Virus record (IMG/VR): IMGVR_UViG_2737471850_000006
Strand: one strand, 5' to 3'
Length of the DNA stretch: 30,164 bases
Source of the DNA: a virus
Taxonomy: Duplodnaviria > Heunggongvirae > Uroviricota > Caudoviricetes
The position numbers and the translations under genes are program-made. Below the pieces are notes generated by a model, which saw nothing but the letters and a program-made list of their open reading frames with translations, searched no databases and had not been told where the DNA came from. Each line of letters starts with the position of its first letter. Position 1 is the stretch's first letter. Below are positions 17,357 to 28,033 of this stretch, in pieces.

Positions 17357-18270
17357 TTGTCACCCCGGCATCCATTAAAGCCCTGATGACCTCCTTCCGT
17401 AAGGATTTCCAGAACGGGCTGGCCTCAGCACCTTCGCAATACGCAAAAATTGCAATGGTGGTAGCGTCATCCTCTAAAAGTAACACCTACGGCTGGCTGG
17501 GTATGTTCCCCTCCCTGCAGGAGTGGGTTGGTCGTCGTGTTGTACAACAGATGGCTGCACATGGTTATTCCATCACCAACAAAACATTTGAACGCACCGT
17601 GGGGATTTCCCGCGATGACTTTGACGATGACAATCTGGGTATTTATGCCCCGGCATTTCAGGAGATGGGGCGTTCAGCGGCGATTCAGCCAGATGAACTG
17701 GTTTTTGATGCTCTTGGTAAAGGGTTTTCACAACCATGTTATGACGGCCAGAACTTCTTTGACAAGGAGCATCCGGTGTATGCCAATGTTGATGGCACCG
17801 GGAGCGTAACTAACACATCGAATATCGTGGAGCAGGACAGCTTTAGTGGTCAGCCGTTCTATCTGCTGGACTGCTCCCGTGCAGTCAAACCGCTGATTTT
17901 CCAGGAACGCCGCAAGCCAGAATTGATTGCTCGTACCCGCATCGATGATGAACACGTGTTCATGGACAACGAGTTCCTGTTCGGGGCCAGTGCCCGCCGT
18001 GCTGCCGGTTACGGCTTCTGGCAGATGGCTGTCGCGGTAAAAGGCGATCTGACACTGGATAACCTCTGGAAGGGCTGGCAACTGATGCGCTCTTTTGAAG
18101 GTGATGGCGGTAAGAAGCTGGGCCTGAAGCCGACGCATATCGTTGTGCCGGTCGGGCAGGAAAAAGCAGCAACACAGTTGCTCAACCGTGAACTGTTCGC
18201 GGAAGGTAACACCACCGTCTCCAACGAGATGAAGGGTAAGCTGGAACTGGTTGTCGCTGACTACCTGTAA
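17353..18270 (+). CDS. T: Major head (capsid) protein (305 aa)
   Basis: Size and position after the protease/scaffold gene match the Mu major head subunit; start overlaps the I stop. Confidence 0.8.
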   Translation: MIVTPASIKALMTSFRKDFQNGLASAPSQYAKIAMVVASSSKSNTYGWLGMFPSLQEWVGRRVVQQMAAHGYSITNKTFERTVGISRDDFDDDNLGIYAPAFQEMGRSAAIQPDELVFDALGKGFSQPCYDGQNFFDKEHPVYANVDGTGSVTNTSNIVEQDSFSGQPFYLLDCSRAVKPLIFQERRKPELIARTRIDDEHVFMDNEFLFGASARRAAGYGFWQMAVAVKGDLTLDNLWKGWQLMRSFEGDGGKKLGLKPTHIVVPVGQEKAATQLLNRELFAEGNTTVSNEMKGKLELVVADYL

Positions 18271-18278
18271 CCGTCATT

Positions 18279-18302
18279 AAAAGGCGGTTCAGACCGCCTT
18301 TT
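18279..18302 (+). terminator. Hairpin terminator or attenuator after the major capsid gene
   Basis: AAAAGGCGG-TTCAGA-CCGCCTTTT directly after the T stop codon. Confidence 0.45.
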
Positions 18303-18336
18303 AACCTGATTTAAAGGAAAAGGAGGAGCATGTGTT

Positions 18337-18747
18337 ATGTCAGGCACTTCGCTTAATTCACAACGGCTGGACACTTCTCGCATCACTTGCACGGCGATTA
18401 TTAAATGCCTTCGTCCGGTCTACCGCCGCGCCGGAATCGCCTTTACGCGTGGCGAAAACACCGTGGAAGTCACCGAAGAACAACTGGCGATCATTCGTGC
18501 CGACAGCGTGCTGTCTGTGGTATCTGCATCGTCAGCAGAAACGCTCGCTGAGGCTGGGGGGCTGGACGTTCTGGGTGTGGGCGATCTGAATACCCGTATC
18601 CGTGCGACCGTTGCCGGTCTGGATAAGGCAAATCCGGAACACTTTACCGCAGGGGGAGAACCCAAAGTGAAAGCCGTCAGTGCGGCGCTGGGAGAAAACG
18701 TCACTGCGGCACAAATCAAAGCCGCGCTGGCTGAGGCACAAGCATGA
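18337..18747 (+). CDS. Hypothetical head-associated protein (136 aa)
   Basis: Strong RBS AAGGAGGAG upstream of the ATG at 18337. Confidence 0.6.
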   Translation: MSGTSLNSQRLDTSRITCTAIIKCLRPVYRRAGIAFTRGENTVEVTEEQLAIIRADSVLSVVSASSAETLAEAGGLDVLGVGDLNTRIRATVAGLDKANPEHFTAGGEPKVKAVSAALGENVTAAQIKAALAEAQA

Positions 18748-19166
18748 GCTATGCCACTCTTGACGACATGGTAAAGCGTTACCGGCGCAGCAGCCTGGAC
18801 GCGCTGACATCGGATAAAACCGATTCGGGCGAACCGGATGACAGCCTGGTTGAACAGGCGTTACAGGATGCCCGTGCACTTATCGACAGCTATATCAGCC
18901 CGCGTTATCCGTTGCCGTTATCTGTTGTGCCAGCCGCCCTGACCCGCGTCTGCTGTGATATTGCCTTCTATTACCTGTGTGATGCGCAGGCAACCGAGCA
19001 GTGCACGCAACGTTATAAAGATGCCGTTAAGTGGCTGCATGACGTACTTAACGAAAAATTGCCGCTGGGAACGGACGCGCATGGCGCTGAACCGGTGAGC
19101 GAAAATCTGGTGGAAGTGAAATCTGATACCGCTGTTTTTTCCCGTAACCAGAGAGGATTCATCTGA
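18744..19166 (+). CDS. J: Putative head-tail joining/completion protein (140 aa)
   Basis: Start overlaps the upstream stop; placed between head and tail genes as in Mu. Confidence 0.55.
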   Translation: MSYATLDDMVKRYRRSSLDALTSDKTDSGEPDDSLVEQALQDARALIDSYISPRYPLPLSVVPAALTRVCCDIAFYYLCDAQATEQCTQRYKDAVKWLHDVLNEKLPLGTDAHGAEPVSENLVEVKSDTAVFSRNQRGFI

Positions 19167-19714
19167 TGATTGCCACGACAGAAGCTGCGTTGCTTGAAAC
19201 CGTTCGCGGGCTGTTCGGGCGAACGTTACGCGAAATCAAAACGCATCCGGGCACCTGGTCTGATGCCGCAATAAAAAAAATCCTGATTGCACCACCGTCT
19301 GTTTATCTGGCGTGGCTGGGCTGCGGTGAAGGCCGCACCCGCCGTGAGGTGGAAAGCCGCTGGGTGTTTTATGTGGTGGCAAAAATGCTGAATGGTCGGG
19401 AGACCGACCGTCCGGGGATTTACCAGATTGTTGAGCGTCTGATTGCCGGGATGAATGGACAGACGTTTGGCCCGACTACCGGCCTGCGCCTGACCAGCGT
19501 CCAGAACCTGTATACCAGTGCTCAGGGTAATTCAGGTGTCGCACTGTACGGCATCTATTTCAGTGGCATCACGCCGTTGCCGTCAGGTGTGGACATGGAT
19601 TCGCTGGATGATTACGAGCGTCACTGGCAGACCTGGAAATTCCCGGACGAAACCCCGGAATTTGCCGCACATATCAATGTGAATCAGGAAAAGGATCATG
19701 ATGCTGAAAATTAA
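19166..19714 (+). CDS. K: Putative tail completion/terminator protein (182 aa)
   Basis: Start overlaps the upstream stop; precedes the sheath gene. Confidence 0.55.
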   Translation: MIATTEAALLETVRGLFGRTLREIKTHPGTWSDAAIKKILIAPPSVYLAWLGCGEGRTRREVESRWVFYVVAKMLNGRETDRPGIYQIVERLIAGMNGQTFGPTTGLRLTSVQNLYTSAQGNSGVALYGIYFSGITPLPSGVDMDSLDDYERHWQTWKFPDETPEFAAHINVNQEKDHDAEN

Positions 19715-19904
19715 ACCCGCAGCGGGGAAAGCCATCCGTGACCCGCTCACGATGAAATTACTGGCTCCGGAGGGAGAAGAAAAGCCCCGTAACAGTTTCT
19801 GGATACGTCGCCTTGCAGCCGGTGATGTGGTTGAAGTCGGGAGCACCGAAAACACGGCGGATGATACCGACGCTACGCCGAAAAAACGGAGTAAATCGAA
19901 ATGA
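19698..19904 (+). CDS. Small hypothetical protein (68 aa)
   Basis: ORF bridging K and L with overlapping start and stop. Confidence 0.45.
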   Translation: MMLKIKPAAGKAIRDPLTMKLLAPEGEEKPRNSFWIRRLAAGDVVEVGSTENTADDTDATPKKRSKSK

Positions 19905-21388
19905 GCGATATTTCATTTAACGCGATCCCGTCAGATGTTCGCGTTCCTCTGACGTATATCGAATTTGATAACAGCAATGCCGTCAGCGGAACACCGGCTC
20001 CCCGCCAGCGCGTGCTGATGTTCGGGCAAAGCGGAAGTAAAGCCAGTGCCGCACCGAACGTACCTGTCCGTATCCGTTCCGGCTCACAGGCCAGTGCGGC
20101 ATTTGGTCAGGGTTCCATGCTGGCACTGATGGCAGATGCATTCCTGAACGCTAACCGCGTGGCGGAGCTGTGGTGTATCCCGCAGGGAAACGGCACCGGT
20201 AATGCTGCTGTCGGTGAAATCTCACTGTCAGGAACGGCAGGCGAAAACGGCTCGCTTGTGACCTATATTGCCGGTCAGCGACTGGCGGTATCCGTCGCAG
20301 CAGGTACAAAAGGGGCTGCGCTGGCTGACCTGCTGGTTGCCCGAATCAAAGGCCAGCCGGATTTACCGGTGACGGCAGAAGTTCGCGCAGACAGCGGAGA
20401 TGATGACACCCATGCAGATGTGGTTCTGAGTGCAAAATTTACGGGTGCATTATCTGCCGTGGACGTGCGCTGGAACTATTACGCGGGTGAAACCACCCCT
20501 TACGGGATTATCACGGCATTCAAAGCCGCCTCCGGGAAAAATGGCAACCCGGATATCAGCGCAAGTATCGCGGGAATGGGCGATCTGCAATACAAATATA
20601 TTGTGATGCCCTATACCGATGAACCGAACCTGAATCTGTTACGCACTGAATTGCAGGAACGCTGGGGACCGGTCAATCAGGCTGATGGCTTTGCCGTGAC
20701 AGTGCTGTCCGGCACGTATGGGGATATTTCCACGTTTGGTGTCAGTCGTAATGATCATCTGATCTCCTGTATGGGGATTGCCGGTGCACCGGAACCGTCA
20801 TATCTGTACGCCGCCACACTGTGTGCCGTTGCCAGCCAGGCGCTTTCCATCGACCCGGCGCGTCCTCTCCAGACGCTGACGTTGCCCGGAAGAATGCCGC
20901 CTGCGGTGGGGGATCGTTTCACCTGGTCAGAACGTAATGCGCTGCTGTTTGACGGCATCTCCACGTTTAACGTGAATGATGGTGGTGAAATGCAGATTGA
21001 ACGCATGATCACGATGTACCGCACAAACAAGTACGGTGACAGCGATCCGTCTTATCTGAACGTGAATACCATCGCCACGCTCAGTTATCTGCGTTATTCG
21101 CTGCGAACCCGCATCACGCAGAAATTCCCGAACTACAAGCTGGCAAGTGATGGCACCCGCTTTGCCACCGGTCAGGCCGTGGTGACGCCATCCGTGATCA
21201 AAACGGAGCTGCTGGCACTGTTTGAAGAATGGGAAAACGCCGGACTGGTCGAGGATTTCGACACGTTCAAAGAGGAGCTGTATGTGGCACGTAACAAGGA
21301 CGACAAAGACCGTCTTGATGTGCTGTGCGGCCCGAATCTGATTAACCAGTTCCGCATTTTCGCGGCACAAGTTCAGTTCATTCTGTAA
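19901..21388 (+). CDS. L: Contractile tail sheath protein (495 aa)
   Basis: 495 aa, followed by a 118-aa tube gene: the typical myovirus sheath-tube pair. Size matches the Mu sheath. Confidence 0.8.
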   Translation: MSDISFNAIPSDVRVPLTYIEFDNSNAVSGTPAPRQRVLMFGQSGSKASAAPNVPVRIRSGSQASAAFGQGSMLALMADAFLNANRVAELWCIPQGNGTGNAAVGEISLSGTAGENGSLVTYIAGQRLAVSVAAGTKGAALADLLVARIKGQPDLPVTAEVRADSGDDDTHADVVLSAKFTGALSAVDVRWNYYAGETTPYGIITAFKAASGKNGNPDISASIAGMGDLQYKYIVMPYTDEPNLNLLRTELQERWGPVNQADGFAVTVLSGTYGDISTFGVSRNDHLISCMGIAGAPEPSYLYAATLCAVASQALSIDPARPLQTLTLPGRMPPAVGDRFTWSERNALLFDGISTFNVNDGGEMQIERMITMYRTNKYGDSDPSYLNVNTIATLSYLRYSLRTRITQKFPNYKLASDGTRFATGQAVVTPSVIKTELLALFEEWENAGLVEDFDTFKEELYVARNKDDKDRLDVLCGPNLINQFRIFAAQVQFIL

Positions 21389-21397
21389 GGAGCATTT

Positions 21398-21754
21398 ATG
21401 GCTGGAAATCAGCGTCAGGGGGTGGCGTTCATCCGTGTCAATGGCATGGAGCTTGAATCAATGGAAGGTGCCTCCTTCACGCCTTCCGGCATCACCCGTG
21501 AAGAAGTGACCGGCTCGCGGGTTTATGGCTGGAAAGGTAAACCACGTGCCGCAAAAGTGGAATGCAAAATTCCGGGCGGCGGTCCCATCGGGCTGGATGA
21601 AATTATCGACTGGGAAAACATCACGGCAGAGTTTCAGGCAGACACCGGTGAAACCTGGATGATGGCGAATGCCTGGCAGGCAGATGAACCGAAAAACGAC
21701 GGCGGCGAAATTTCGCTGGTACTGATGGCAAAACAAAGCAAACGCATTGCATAA
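21398..21754 (+). CDS. M: Tail tube protein (118 aa)
   Basis: RBS AAGGAG; position immediately after the sheath gene. Confidence 0.8.
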   Translation: MAGNQRQGVAFIRVNGMELESMEGASFTPSGITREEVTGSRVYGWKGKPRAAKVECKIPGGGPIGLDEIIDWENITAEFQADTGETWMMANAWQADEPKNDGGEISLVLMAKQSKRIA

Positions 21755-21763
21755 GGGGAAACA

Positions 21764-22198
21764 ATGGACGAAATGAATTTAGGTCCTGAAGCACAGGAAC
21801 TGCATGACAGCATTGTGGCAGAAATTCAGTCCGGCGTGCTGAAACTGAAAGACGGCCTGCCGTTCGGCACCGGTGACGAGACTGAAATGCAGTATGACGT
21901 GACACTGCGTGAACTGACCGCAGGCGATCTGATTGATGCCCAGGCGGCTGCTGAAAAGCTGGTAATGAGCAAGGAAGGCCCGATACTGGTCAGTTCCCCT
22001 TCCCGGATGGGACTGGAAATGCTGCGCCGACAGATTGCCAGCGTGGGCTGCATCAAAGGCCCGTTGTCGATGGCGCTGATTCGTAAACTGTCCGCTGATG
22101 ACTTCCAGCGTCTGTCGCTGGCCACAGAAATGTACGACATGGCTGTGGCAGCATCGCTGACACAAGAACGGGGGCGAGTGGCTGCGGTGCCGGAATGA
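21764..22198 (+). CDS. Tail assembly chaperone (144 aa)
   Basis: RBS AAGGGGA. Located between the tube and tape-measure genes, the conserved chaperone position. Confidence 0.6.
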   Translation: MDEMNLGPEAQELHDSIVAEIQSGVLKLKDGLPFGTGDETEMQYDVTLRELTAGDLIDAQAAAEKLVMSKEGPILVSSPSRMGLEMLRRQIASVGCIKGPLSMALIRKLSADDFQRLSLATEMYDMAVAASLTQERGRVAAVPE

Positions 22199-22328
22199 TA
22201 TTGAGAAAGCGGCGACAGCGATTGGCGTTATTCTGAAAAGTGGCCCGGAATGGGCCTTGTCTCTCCCGTTGTCCCGCTTTTTCCGGCACTGCCAGCAGGC
22301 TAAAACCCTCTCTCAATATCACCGTTAA
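22161..22328 (+). other. Alternate-frame open window: candidate programmed-frameshift extension of the tail assembly chaperone
   Basis: The +1 frame (equivalently -2) relative to the chaperone is open from 22161 to the TAA at 22326-22328 (56 codons), covering the whole apparent 144-bp gap before the tape-measure start. It overlaps the chaperone 3' end near a CGGGGGC run. Confidence 0.35.
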
Positions 22329-22342
22329 ATCAGGAAATCTCT

Positions 22343-24394
22343 ATGACCGGGAAACGCTTAAAGGCGTCTGTCATTATTGATCTTAATGGCAATCTTTCCC
22401 GGCGTTCCCGCCAGTATTCGAACCAGATAAACGCCCTGTCCCGTAGCGGGCAAAGTTCCCTTCGTGCCCTGCGTATGGAGGTTGTGCGCGTTTCTGGTGC
22501 CATTGACAGAATGGGTTCTCTGTCAACCCGTACATTCCGAATGCTGTCAGCCGGGGCGCTGGGTATCGCTGGCGTGGGTTACACCGCCAATAAACTGTTT
22601 ATTGGTGCAGCCGCCCAGCGTGAGCAGCAGATCATCGCCATGAACTCGCTGTATCACGGCGATAAGGCCAGAGCGCAGGCCATGATGGCCTGGGCGAAAC
22701 AGAACGCAAAAGAAACCACCTGGGGGCTGGGCGGCGTTCTGCAGGAAATCCGCACATCAACGGCGTTTGGTATGAATGATGAACAGGTAAAACAGTTCAT
22801 CACCATGCTACAGAACCAGGGCGCGATGCATGGCTGGGATTTACCCACCGCGCAGGGGGCTTCGTTACAGTTCAAACAGATGTTTGCCCGCCAGCAAATC
22901 ACCGCGGCGGATGCCAACCTGCTGACCGGCTATGGTATCAACGTTTACAAGGTGCTGGCAGATGCAACGGGTGAGGATGAGAAAAAAATCCGCAAGTTGG
23001 GTGAAAAAGGCAAGCTGGGCCTGAAATCCATCCTGACGGTATTCCGGACCCTGCTGGAGCAGTCAAAAGGCGCACAGGCGGCTGCCATGAACTCCTGGGA
23101 CGGGATGATGGCCCAGATGGAGGGCAACCTGCTTGAGTTTCGCACGAAGGTGGCAAACAGCGGCCCCTTTGAAGAAATCAAGAACGAGATGCGCCGGGTG
23201 CTTAACTGGCACGACATGGCGGATAAATCCGGGGAACTTGACGCACTGGCAGAAAACATTGGTCAGAAATTTCTGACCACGTTCAGAACGGTAAAAATCG
23301 CGGCGCAGGAATTATGGCGCTGGCTGAAACCGGGTAAGGATGCGCTGGCATGGGTTGACCAGAATATTGTCAGCCTGAAAAAACTGGCTGCTGTTCTGGT
23401 GTCTGTCTGGCTTGCCAATAAAGCCCTGAGAGCAGGCTGGGCCGTGGCAAAACCCTCATGGCAGGTTGCCAGTTATCCGTTTAAAACCGGGCGTCGTATG
23501 TGGCGCTGGATGCGAAACCGCAAACGTGGGCAGGCAGGTCTGCCGGTCCCGGATGCCATGACGTCTGAGGCGCTGTTGCAAGGCATCGGCATTCAGCGTG
23601 TGTTTGTCACTAACTGGCCTCACGGGTTCGGCGGTTACGGAAGCGGTGGCCGTGGTGGCCGCACCCGGAAAGGCAGAGGCATGACGCCCCTGTTACCCCG
23701 CCAGCCGTTGCTGTTGTCGGGGCCACAGTCGCTGGCACTTTCGCCCCCCCGTTCAGTGCCTGCCTTACCGGCCCCGAAGACGCTGCCGTTACCCGGTAAA
23801 TCCGGTCTTCTGAGCAGGCTTGCAGGCAGTGCTGCCGGGCAACTGGTTACGGGAACGGTCGGAAAGCTGGCTGATGCCGGGCGTGCCGTTGGCGGGTGGT
23901 TTTCCGGTATCGGAAACAAACTTGCAGGCAGTGCGATCGGTCGGGTTGTGACAAAAGGTGCCGGGGCGCTGGGCTGGATGGGGAAAGGTGCCGGTCGTGC
24001 GTTGTCACGTCTGGGTGGCCCGGTAATGGGGGCACTCCAGCTTGCCCCCGTCCTGATGGATGAGCAGGCGTCAACCCATGAAAAAGCAGGCGCAATTGGC
24101 AGTACAGCCGGTGCATGGCTCGGCGGTGCCGTTGGCAGCCTTGCCGGACCGCTGGGTACGGTTGCCGGTGCCACGCTGGGCAGTGTCGCCGGGGAGTATC
24201 TGGGCGGTTTTGTAACCGACCTGTATCAGAAATGGACGGCCCCGGATAAGGAACCGCAGGAACAAAAAGTGAATGCGGAAGCCTCGCTGCGCGTCGAACT
24301 TGGCGAGGGGTTACGTCTGACCAGTTCCCGCGTCACCGAGGACGGTATGGGGCTGAATATTTACGCGGGCGATAACTACATTACAGGCTGGTAA
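22343..24394 (+). CDS. Y: Tail tape measure protein (683 aa)
   Basis: Long ORF after the chaperone. C-terminal third is Gly/Ala-rich with repeated GxxAG/LAGS-like motifs and a Pro-rich linker. Confidence 0.8.
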   Translation: MTGKRLKASVIIDLNGNLSRRSRQYSNQINALSRSGQSSLRALRMEVVRVSGAIDRMGSLSTRTFRMLSAGALGIAGVGYTANKLFIGAAAQREQQIIAMNSLYHGDKARAQAMMAWAKQNAKETTWGLGGVLQEIRTSTAFGMNDEQVKQFITMLQNQGAMHGWDLPTAQGASLQFKQMFARQQITAADANLLTGYGINVYKVLADATGEDEKKIRKLGEKGKLGLKSILTVFRTLLEQSKGAQAAAMNSWDGMMAQMEGNLLEFRTKVANSGPFEEIKNEMRRVLNWHDMADKSGELDALAENIGQKFLTTFRTVKIAAQELWRWLKPGKDALAWVDQNIVSLKKLAAVLVSVWLANKALRAGWAVAKPSWQVASYPFKTGRRMWRWMRNRKRGQAGLPVPDAMTSEALLQGIGIQRVFVTNWPHGFGGYGSGGRGGRTRKGRGMTPLLPRQPLLLSGPQSLALSPPRSVPALPAPKTLPLPGKSGLLSRLAGSAAGQLVTGTVGKLADAGRAVGGWFSGIGNKLAGSAIGRVVTKGAGALGWMGKGAGRALSRLGGPVMGALQLAPVLMDEQASTHEKAGAIGSTAGAWLGGAVGSLAGPLGTVAGATLGSVAGEYLGGFVTDLYQKWTAPDKEPQEQKVNAEASLRVELGEGLRLTSSRVTEDGMGLNIYAGDNYITGW

Positions 24395-24398
24395 AACC

Positions 24399-25886
24399 AT
24401 GTTTGAAGATGCTTTAAATGCCGTTAATGCTGTCCGGGATAAAATCAGCGGTGGTAAGAAAACAACCGGCAAAGGCACGTTTCGTAACGTGCCGTTTCTC
24501 GTCATCGAGGAGCAAAAACAGGCTGGCGGACGTCGCCTGGTTAAACGCGAGTACCCGTTACGTGATACCGGCGGCGTCAATGACCAGGGGAAAAAGCTTC
24601 GCTCCCGTACATTCAGCGCCTGCATTCTGAACAGCAACGCAGAAACAGCCAGAGATGAAGCGGGTGCGCTGATGGATGCTCTTGATGCTCCGGGTAGCGG
24701 TGAGCTGGTACATCCTGATTTCGGCACTGTGGACGTCATGGTGGATTCATGGGAATGCCGCACTAAAGCGGATGAACTGAATTATTACGCGTTCACCGTT
24801 ACCGTTTATCCGTCGTTGCAGGATACTGCCCCGGACGCAGAGACAGACACCAGTGCAGCCGTACCGGCACAGGCCGTTGCTGTAACCGGTTCTCTGGGAG
24901 ATACGCTGTCCTCTGTCTGGCAGACCGTAAAAGATGGCACTGCGGCGGCAACCGCCGTGATGGAAGCTGTAACCGGTGTCATCGATGATATCAGTGATGC
25001 GGTGGACAATCTGGGGGTTACGCAGACTGTCAGCGGTCTGATGGGATCGCTTTCTGCGATGAAAGGCTCTGTGACCAGCCTGATTAACCAGCCTGCCATG
25101 CTGGCCTCCTCGCTGATGGGGGCGCTGTCCGGCGTTTCATCGTTATGCGATACCCGGACAGCATTTTCCACATGGAACCGTCTGGCGCAGCGATTCGAAC
25201 GTCGCCATGCCGCCACCGCAGGCAGACAGGGGACAATCACAACCTCGTACAACAGTCCGGTTGCAGAAAAAAATATTGCCACACTGAACTACGTCATGCT
25301 GGCAGCAGCACAGACATACCGGGCGGAGGCAGCAAGCCAGGCACTGACTGCGGCACTGGATTTCAGTCGCCGGATGGATAATGCCGCCCGTGCACCTGTA
25401 CTGGATGCCCCGTCCACCACAACCGGCACAGCCAGCGGGGCCAGCAGCACATCCGCTACCGTCACACAGGGACAGTTACAGTTAACTGCCATAACCCCGG
25501 ACGGCGGCTTTTCACAGGTATCCTTTTCAGACAGTGGTACAGCCACGCCCCCGGTATTTGAAAGTGTGTCCGATATCGGAAAAACAGCCGCCATGCTGGG
25601 GGCAGCGCTGGATACCGTCATTCTGACGGCATCTGAGCAGGGCTTTTCGACAGACAGCGTTCAGCTTACGCAACTGCGTCTGCTGGTTGTTGCCGACCTG
25701 GAAAAACGCGGGCTGCAACTGGCGGGCAGTGAAACGCACCGCCTGCCGGAGACGATGCCTGCAATGGTGGCTCTGTACCGTTACACAGGAAACAGCCGGA
25801 ACTGGCAACGGCTGGCCCGCAGGAACGGTATCAGCAACCCGTTGTTTGTTCCCGGTGGTGTCAGTATTGAGGTGATTAATGAGTAA
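24399..25886 (+). CDS. N: DNA circularisation protein N-like tail protein (495 aa)
   Basis: Size and position after the tape measure match Mu N; contains a Ser/Thr-rich low-complexity segment. Confidence 0.75.
   Translation: MFEDALNAVNAVRDKISGGKKTTGKGTFRNVPFLVIEEQKQAGGRRLVKREYPLRDTGGVNDQGKKLRSRTFSACILNSNAETARDEAGALMDALDAPGSGELVHPDFGTVDVMVDSWECRTKADELNYYAFTVTVYPSLQDTAPDAETDTSAAVPAQAVAVTGSLGDTLSSVWQTVKDGTAAATAVMEAVTGVIDDISDAVDNLGVTQTVSGLMGSLSAMKGSVTSLINQPAMLASSLMGALSGVSSLCDTRTAFSTWNRLAQRFERRHAATAGRQGTITTSYNSPVAEKNIATLNYVMLAAAQTYRAEAASQALTAALDFSRRMDNAARAPVLDAPSTTTGTASGASSTSATVTQGQLQLTAITPDGGFSQVSFSDSGTATPPVFESVSDIGKTAAMLGAALDTVILTASEQGFSTDSVQLTQLRLLVVADLEKRGLQLAGSETHRLPETMPAMVALYRYTGNSRNWQRLARRNGISNPLFVPGGVSIEVINE
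25725..25760 (+). promoter_or_regulatory. Possible internal late promoter (PP) inside the 3' end of N
   Basis: CGCACCGCCTGCC (25736-25748) resembles the motif upstream of lys and I, but lies about 130 bp upstream of the P start. Confidence 0.2.
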
Positions 25887-27018
25887 TACCGTCACGCTGC
25901 GAACGGATGGCAGGCTTTTTACCGGCTGGACGTCAGTCTCTGTCACCCGCTCCATTGAATCCGTAGCCGGATATTTTGAGCTGGGGGTGAATGTGCCACC
26001 GGGTACAGATTTATCCGGGCTGGCACCGGGGAAGGCGTTCACGCTGGAAATCGACGGGCAGATTGTCTGCACCGGTTATATCGATTCGCGGCGACGCCAG
26101 ATGACCGCTGACAGCATGAAAATCACTGTCGCCGGACGTGACAAAACGGCTGACCTGATTGACTGTGCTGCCGTTTACAGTGGCGGACAGTGGAAAAACC
26201 GCACACTGGAGCAGATTGCGCGTGACCTGTGCGCCCCTTATGGCGTTACCGTTCGCTGGGAGCTTTCCGATAAGGAAAGTTCGGCAGCTTTTCCCGGCTT
26301 CACGCTGGACCATTCAGAAACCGTTTATGAGGCGCTGGTGCGTGCCTCCCGCGCACGCGGTGTACTGATGACCAGCAATGCCGCAGGAGAGCTGGTATTC
26401 AGCCGGGCTGCCAGCACAGCCACTGATGAGCTGGTTCTCGGAGAAAATCTGCTGACACTGGATTTTGAGGAAGACTTCCGCGACCGGTTCAGCGAATACA
26501 CCGTCAAGGGGTATGCCCGCGCAAACGGTGCTGAGGGTGATGATATTGATGCGAAAAGTATCGTCTCCCGGAAAGGGACCGCCACTGACAGTGATGTAAC
26601 CCGTTACAGACCGATGATCATCATTGCTGACAGCAAAATTACGGCGAAGGATGCACAGGCCCGCGCCCTGCGTGAGCAACGCCGCAGACTGGCAAAATCC
26701 ATCACCTTTGAGGCTGAAATTGACGGATGGACTCGCAAGGACGGGCAACTCTGGATGCCGAACCTGCTGGTCACTATTGATGCCTCGAAATATGCCATCA
26801 AAACCACGGAATTACTGGTCAGCAAAGTCACCCTGATACTGAATGACCAGGACGGGCTGAAAACCCGCGTCAGCCTTGCACCACGCGAAGGCTTTCTGGT
26901 GCCGGTTGAAAGCGACCGTAAAAACAGGAAAGGCGGCGACAGTAACGGCGGTATTGATGCGCTGGTTGAAGATTATTATCGCAGACACCCGGAGAAAACG
27001 CCGCCGTGGAAAGAGTAA
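25879..27018 (+). CDS. P: Baseplate hub protein (379 aa)
   Basis: RBS GAGGTG; start overlaps the N stop. Size and position match Mu P. Confidence 0.75.
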   Translation: MSNTVTLRTDGRLFTGWTSVSVTRSIESVAGYFELGVNVPPGTDLSGLAPGKAFTLEIDGQIVCTGYIDSRRRQMTADSMKITVAGRDKTADLIDCAAVYSGGQWKNRTLEQIARDLCAPYGVTVRWELSDKESSAAFPGFTLDHSETVYEALVRASRARGVLMTSNAAGELVFSRAASTATDELVLGENLLTLDFEEDFRDRFSEYTVKGYARANGAEGDDIDAKSIVSRKGTATDSDVTRYRPMIIIADSKITAKDAQARALREQRRRLAKSITFEAEIDGWTRKDGQLWMPNLLVTIDASKYAIKTTELLVSKVTLILNDQDGLKTRVSLAPREGFLVPVESDRKNRKGGDSNGGIDALVEDYYRRHPEKTPPWKE

Positions 27019-27599
27019 ATGATTCCGCCCTGAACCGCCTGCTGACGCCGCTGATGCGTCGTGTGCGCCTGATGCTTGCGCGCGCTGTTGTTAACGTGAT
27101 TAACGACGGGCGAAAGGTTCAGAACCTGCAGGTCGGCCTGCTGGATGATGAGGAATCTGATGAAGTGGAGCGCCTGCAAAATTACGGGCATTTCAGCGTT
27201 CCCCTGCCGGGAGCAGAGGCGCTGATTGCCTGTGTAGGCGCACAACGTGATCAGGGGATTGCCGTTGTGGTGGAAGACCGCCGCTACCGCCCGACAAATC
27301 TTGAACCGGGTGATGCAGGCATTTACCACCACGAGGGGCATCGTATCAGGCTGACAAAGGACGGACGCTGCATCATTACCTGTAAAACGGTTGAGGTTTA
27401 CGCTGATGAAAGTATGACCGTTGACACACCCAGAACCACGTTTACCGGCGACGTTGAGATCCAGAAAGGTCTGGGCGTTAAAGGTAAAAGCCAGTTCGAC
27501 AGCAATATTACTGCCCCGGATGCCATCATCAATGGCAAATCGACGGATAAGCATATCCACCGTGGCGACAGCGGCGGAACCACGGGGCCAATGCAATGA
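27006..27599 (+). CDS. Q: Baseplate central spike protein (197 aa)
   Basis: GTG start with GGAGA upstream, overlapping the P stop. Position matches the Mu baseplate spike gene. Confidence 0.7.
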   Translation: MERVNDSALNRLLTPLMRRVRLMLARAVVNVINDGRKVQNLQVGLLDDEESDEVERLQNYGHFSVPLPGAEALIACVGAQRDQGIAVVVEDRRYRPTNLEPGDAGIYHHEGHRIRLTKDGRCIITCKTVEVYADESMTVDTPRTTFTGDVEIQKGLGVKGKSQFDSNITAPDAIINGKSTDKHIHRGDSGGTTGPMQ

Positions 27600-28033
27600 C
27601 CGATTTAGCCATTATCTGGACGAACGGACGCGGCGATATTGCACAGGATGGCATTGATATGCTGACCGACGACAGCCTGACAACCGATGTGACAATCTCC
27701 CTGTTTACAGACCGGCGCGCGCTGGATTCTGACACGCTGCCGGATGGTTCAGATGATCGCCGTGGATGGTGGGGTGACAGTTACCGCGACCGCCCCATCG
27801 GTTCGCGGTTGTGGCTGTTATCACGTGAAAAAGCCACACCGGATACGCTGGAACGCGCCAGAGGGTATGCCGAAGAGGCGCTGGAATGGCTGAAAACAGC
27901 GGGCCGGGTAAGTGCGATTAACGTCAGAGCGGAACAGTTACATCAGGGCTGGTTATACCTCTACATTGCACTGACATTACCGGATGGTTCCGTTATTCCT
28001 TATGAGTTTAAAGCAGCATTTAACGGGGTTTAA
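27596..28033 (+). CDS. V: Baseplate protein (145 aa)
   Basis: Start overlaps the upstream stop; synteny with Mu baseplate genes. Confidence 0.7.
   Translation: MTDLAIIWTNGRGDIAQDGIDMLTDDSLTTDVTISLFTDRRALDSDTLPDGSDDRRGWWGDSYRDRPIGSRLWLLSREKATPDTLERARGYAEEALEWLKTAGRVSAINVRAEQLHQGWLYLYIALTLPDGSVIPYEFKAAFNGV

Noticed and set aside
22198-22234. -1 frameshift alternative for the tail chaperone
   Set aside because: The -1 frame adds only about 12 codons before a stop at 22234-22236, so it cannot give a substantial extension; the +1/-2 frame is the only one spanning the gap.
23635-24174. 179-aa minus-strand ORF, and other antisense ORFs such as 24311-24763, 25527-26072 and 26976-27596
   Set aside because: These fall inside the tape-measure, N, P and Q genes; the Pro/Ala/Arg-rich translations mirror GC-rich Gly/Ala codons on the coding strand.
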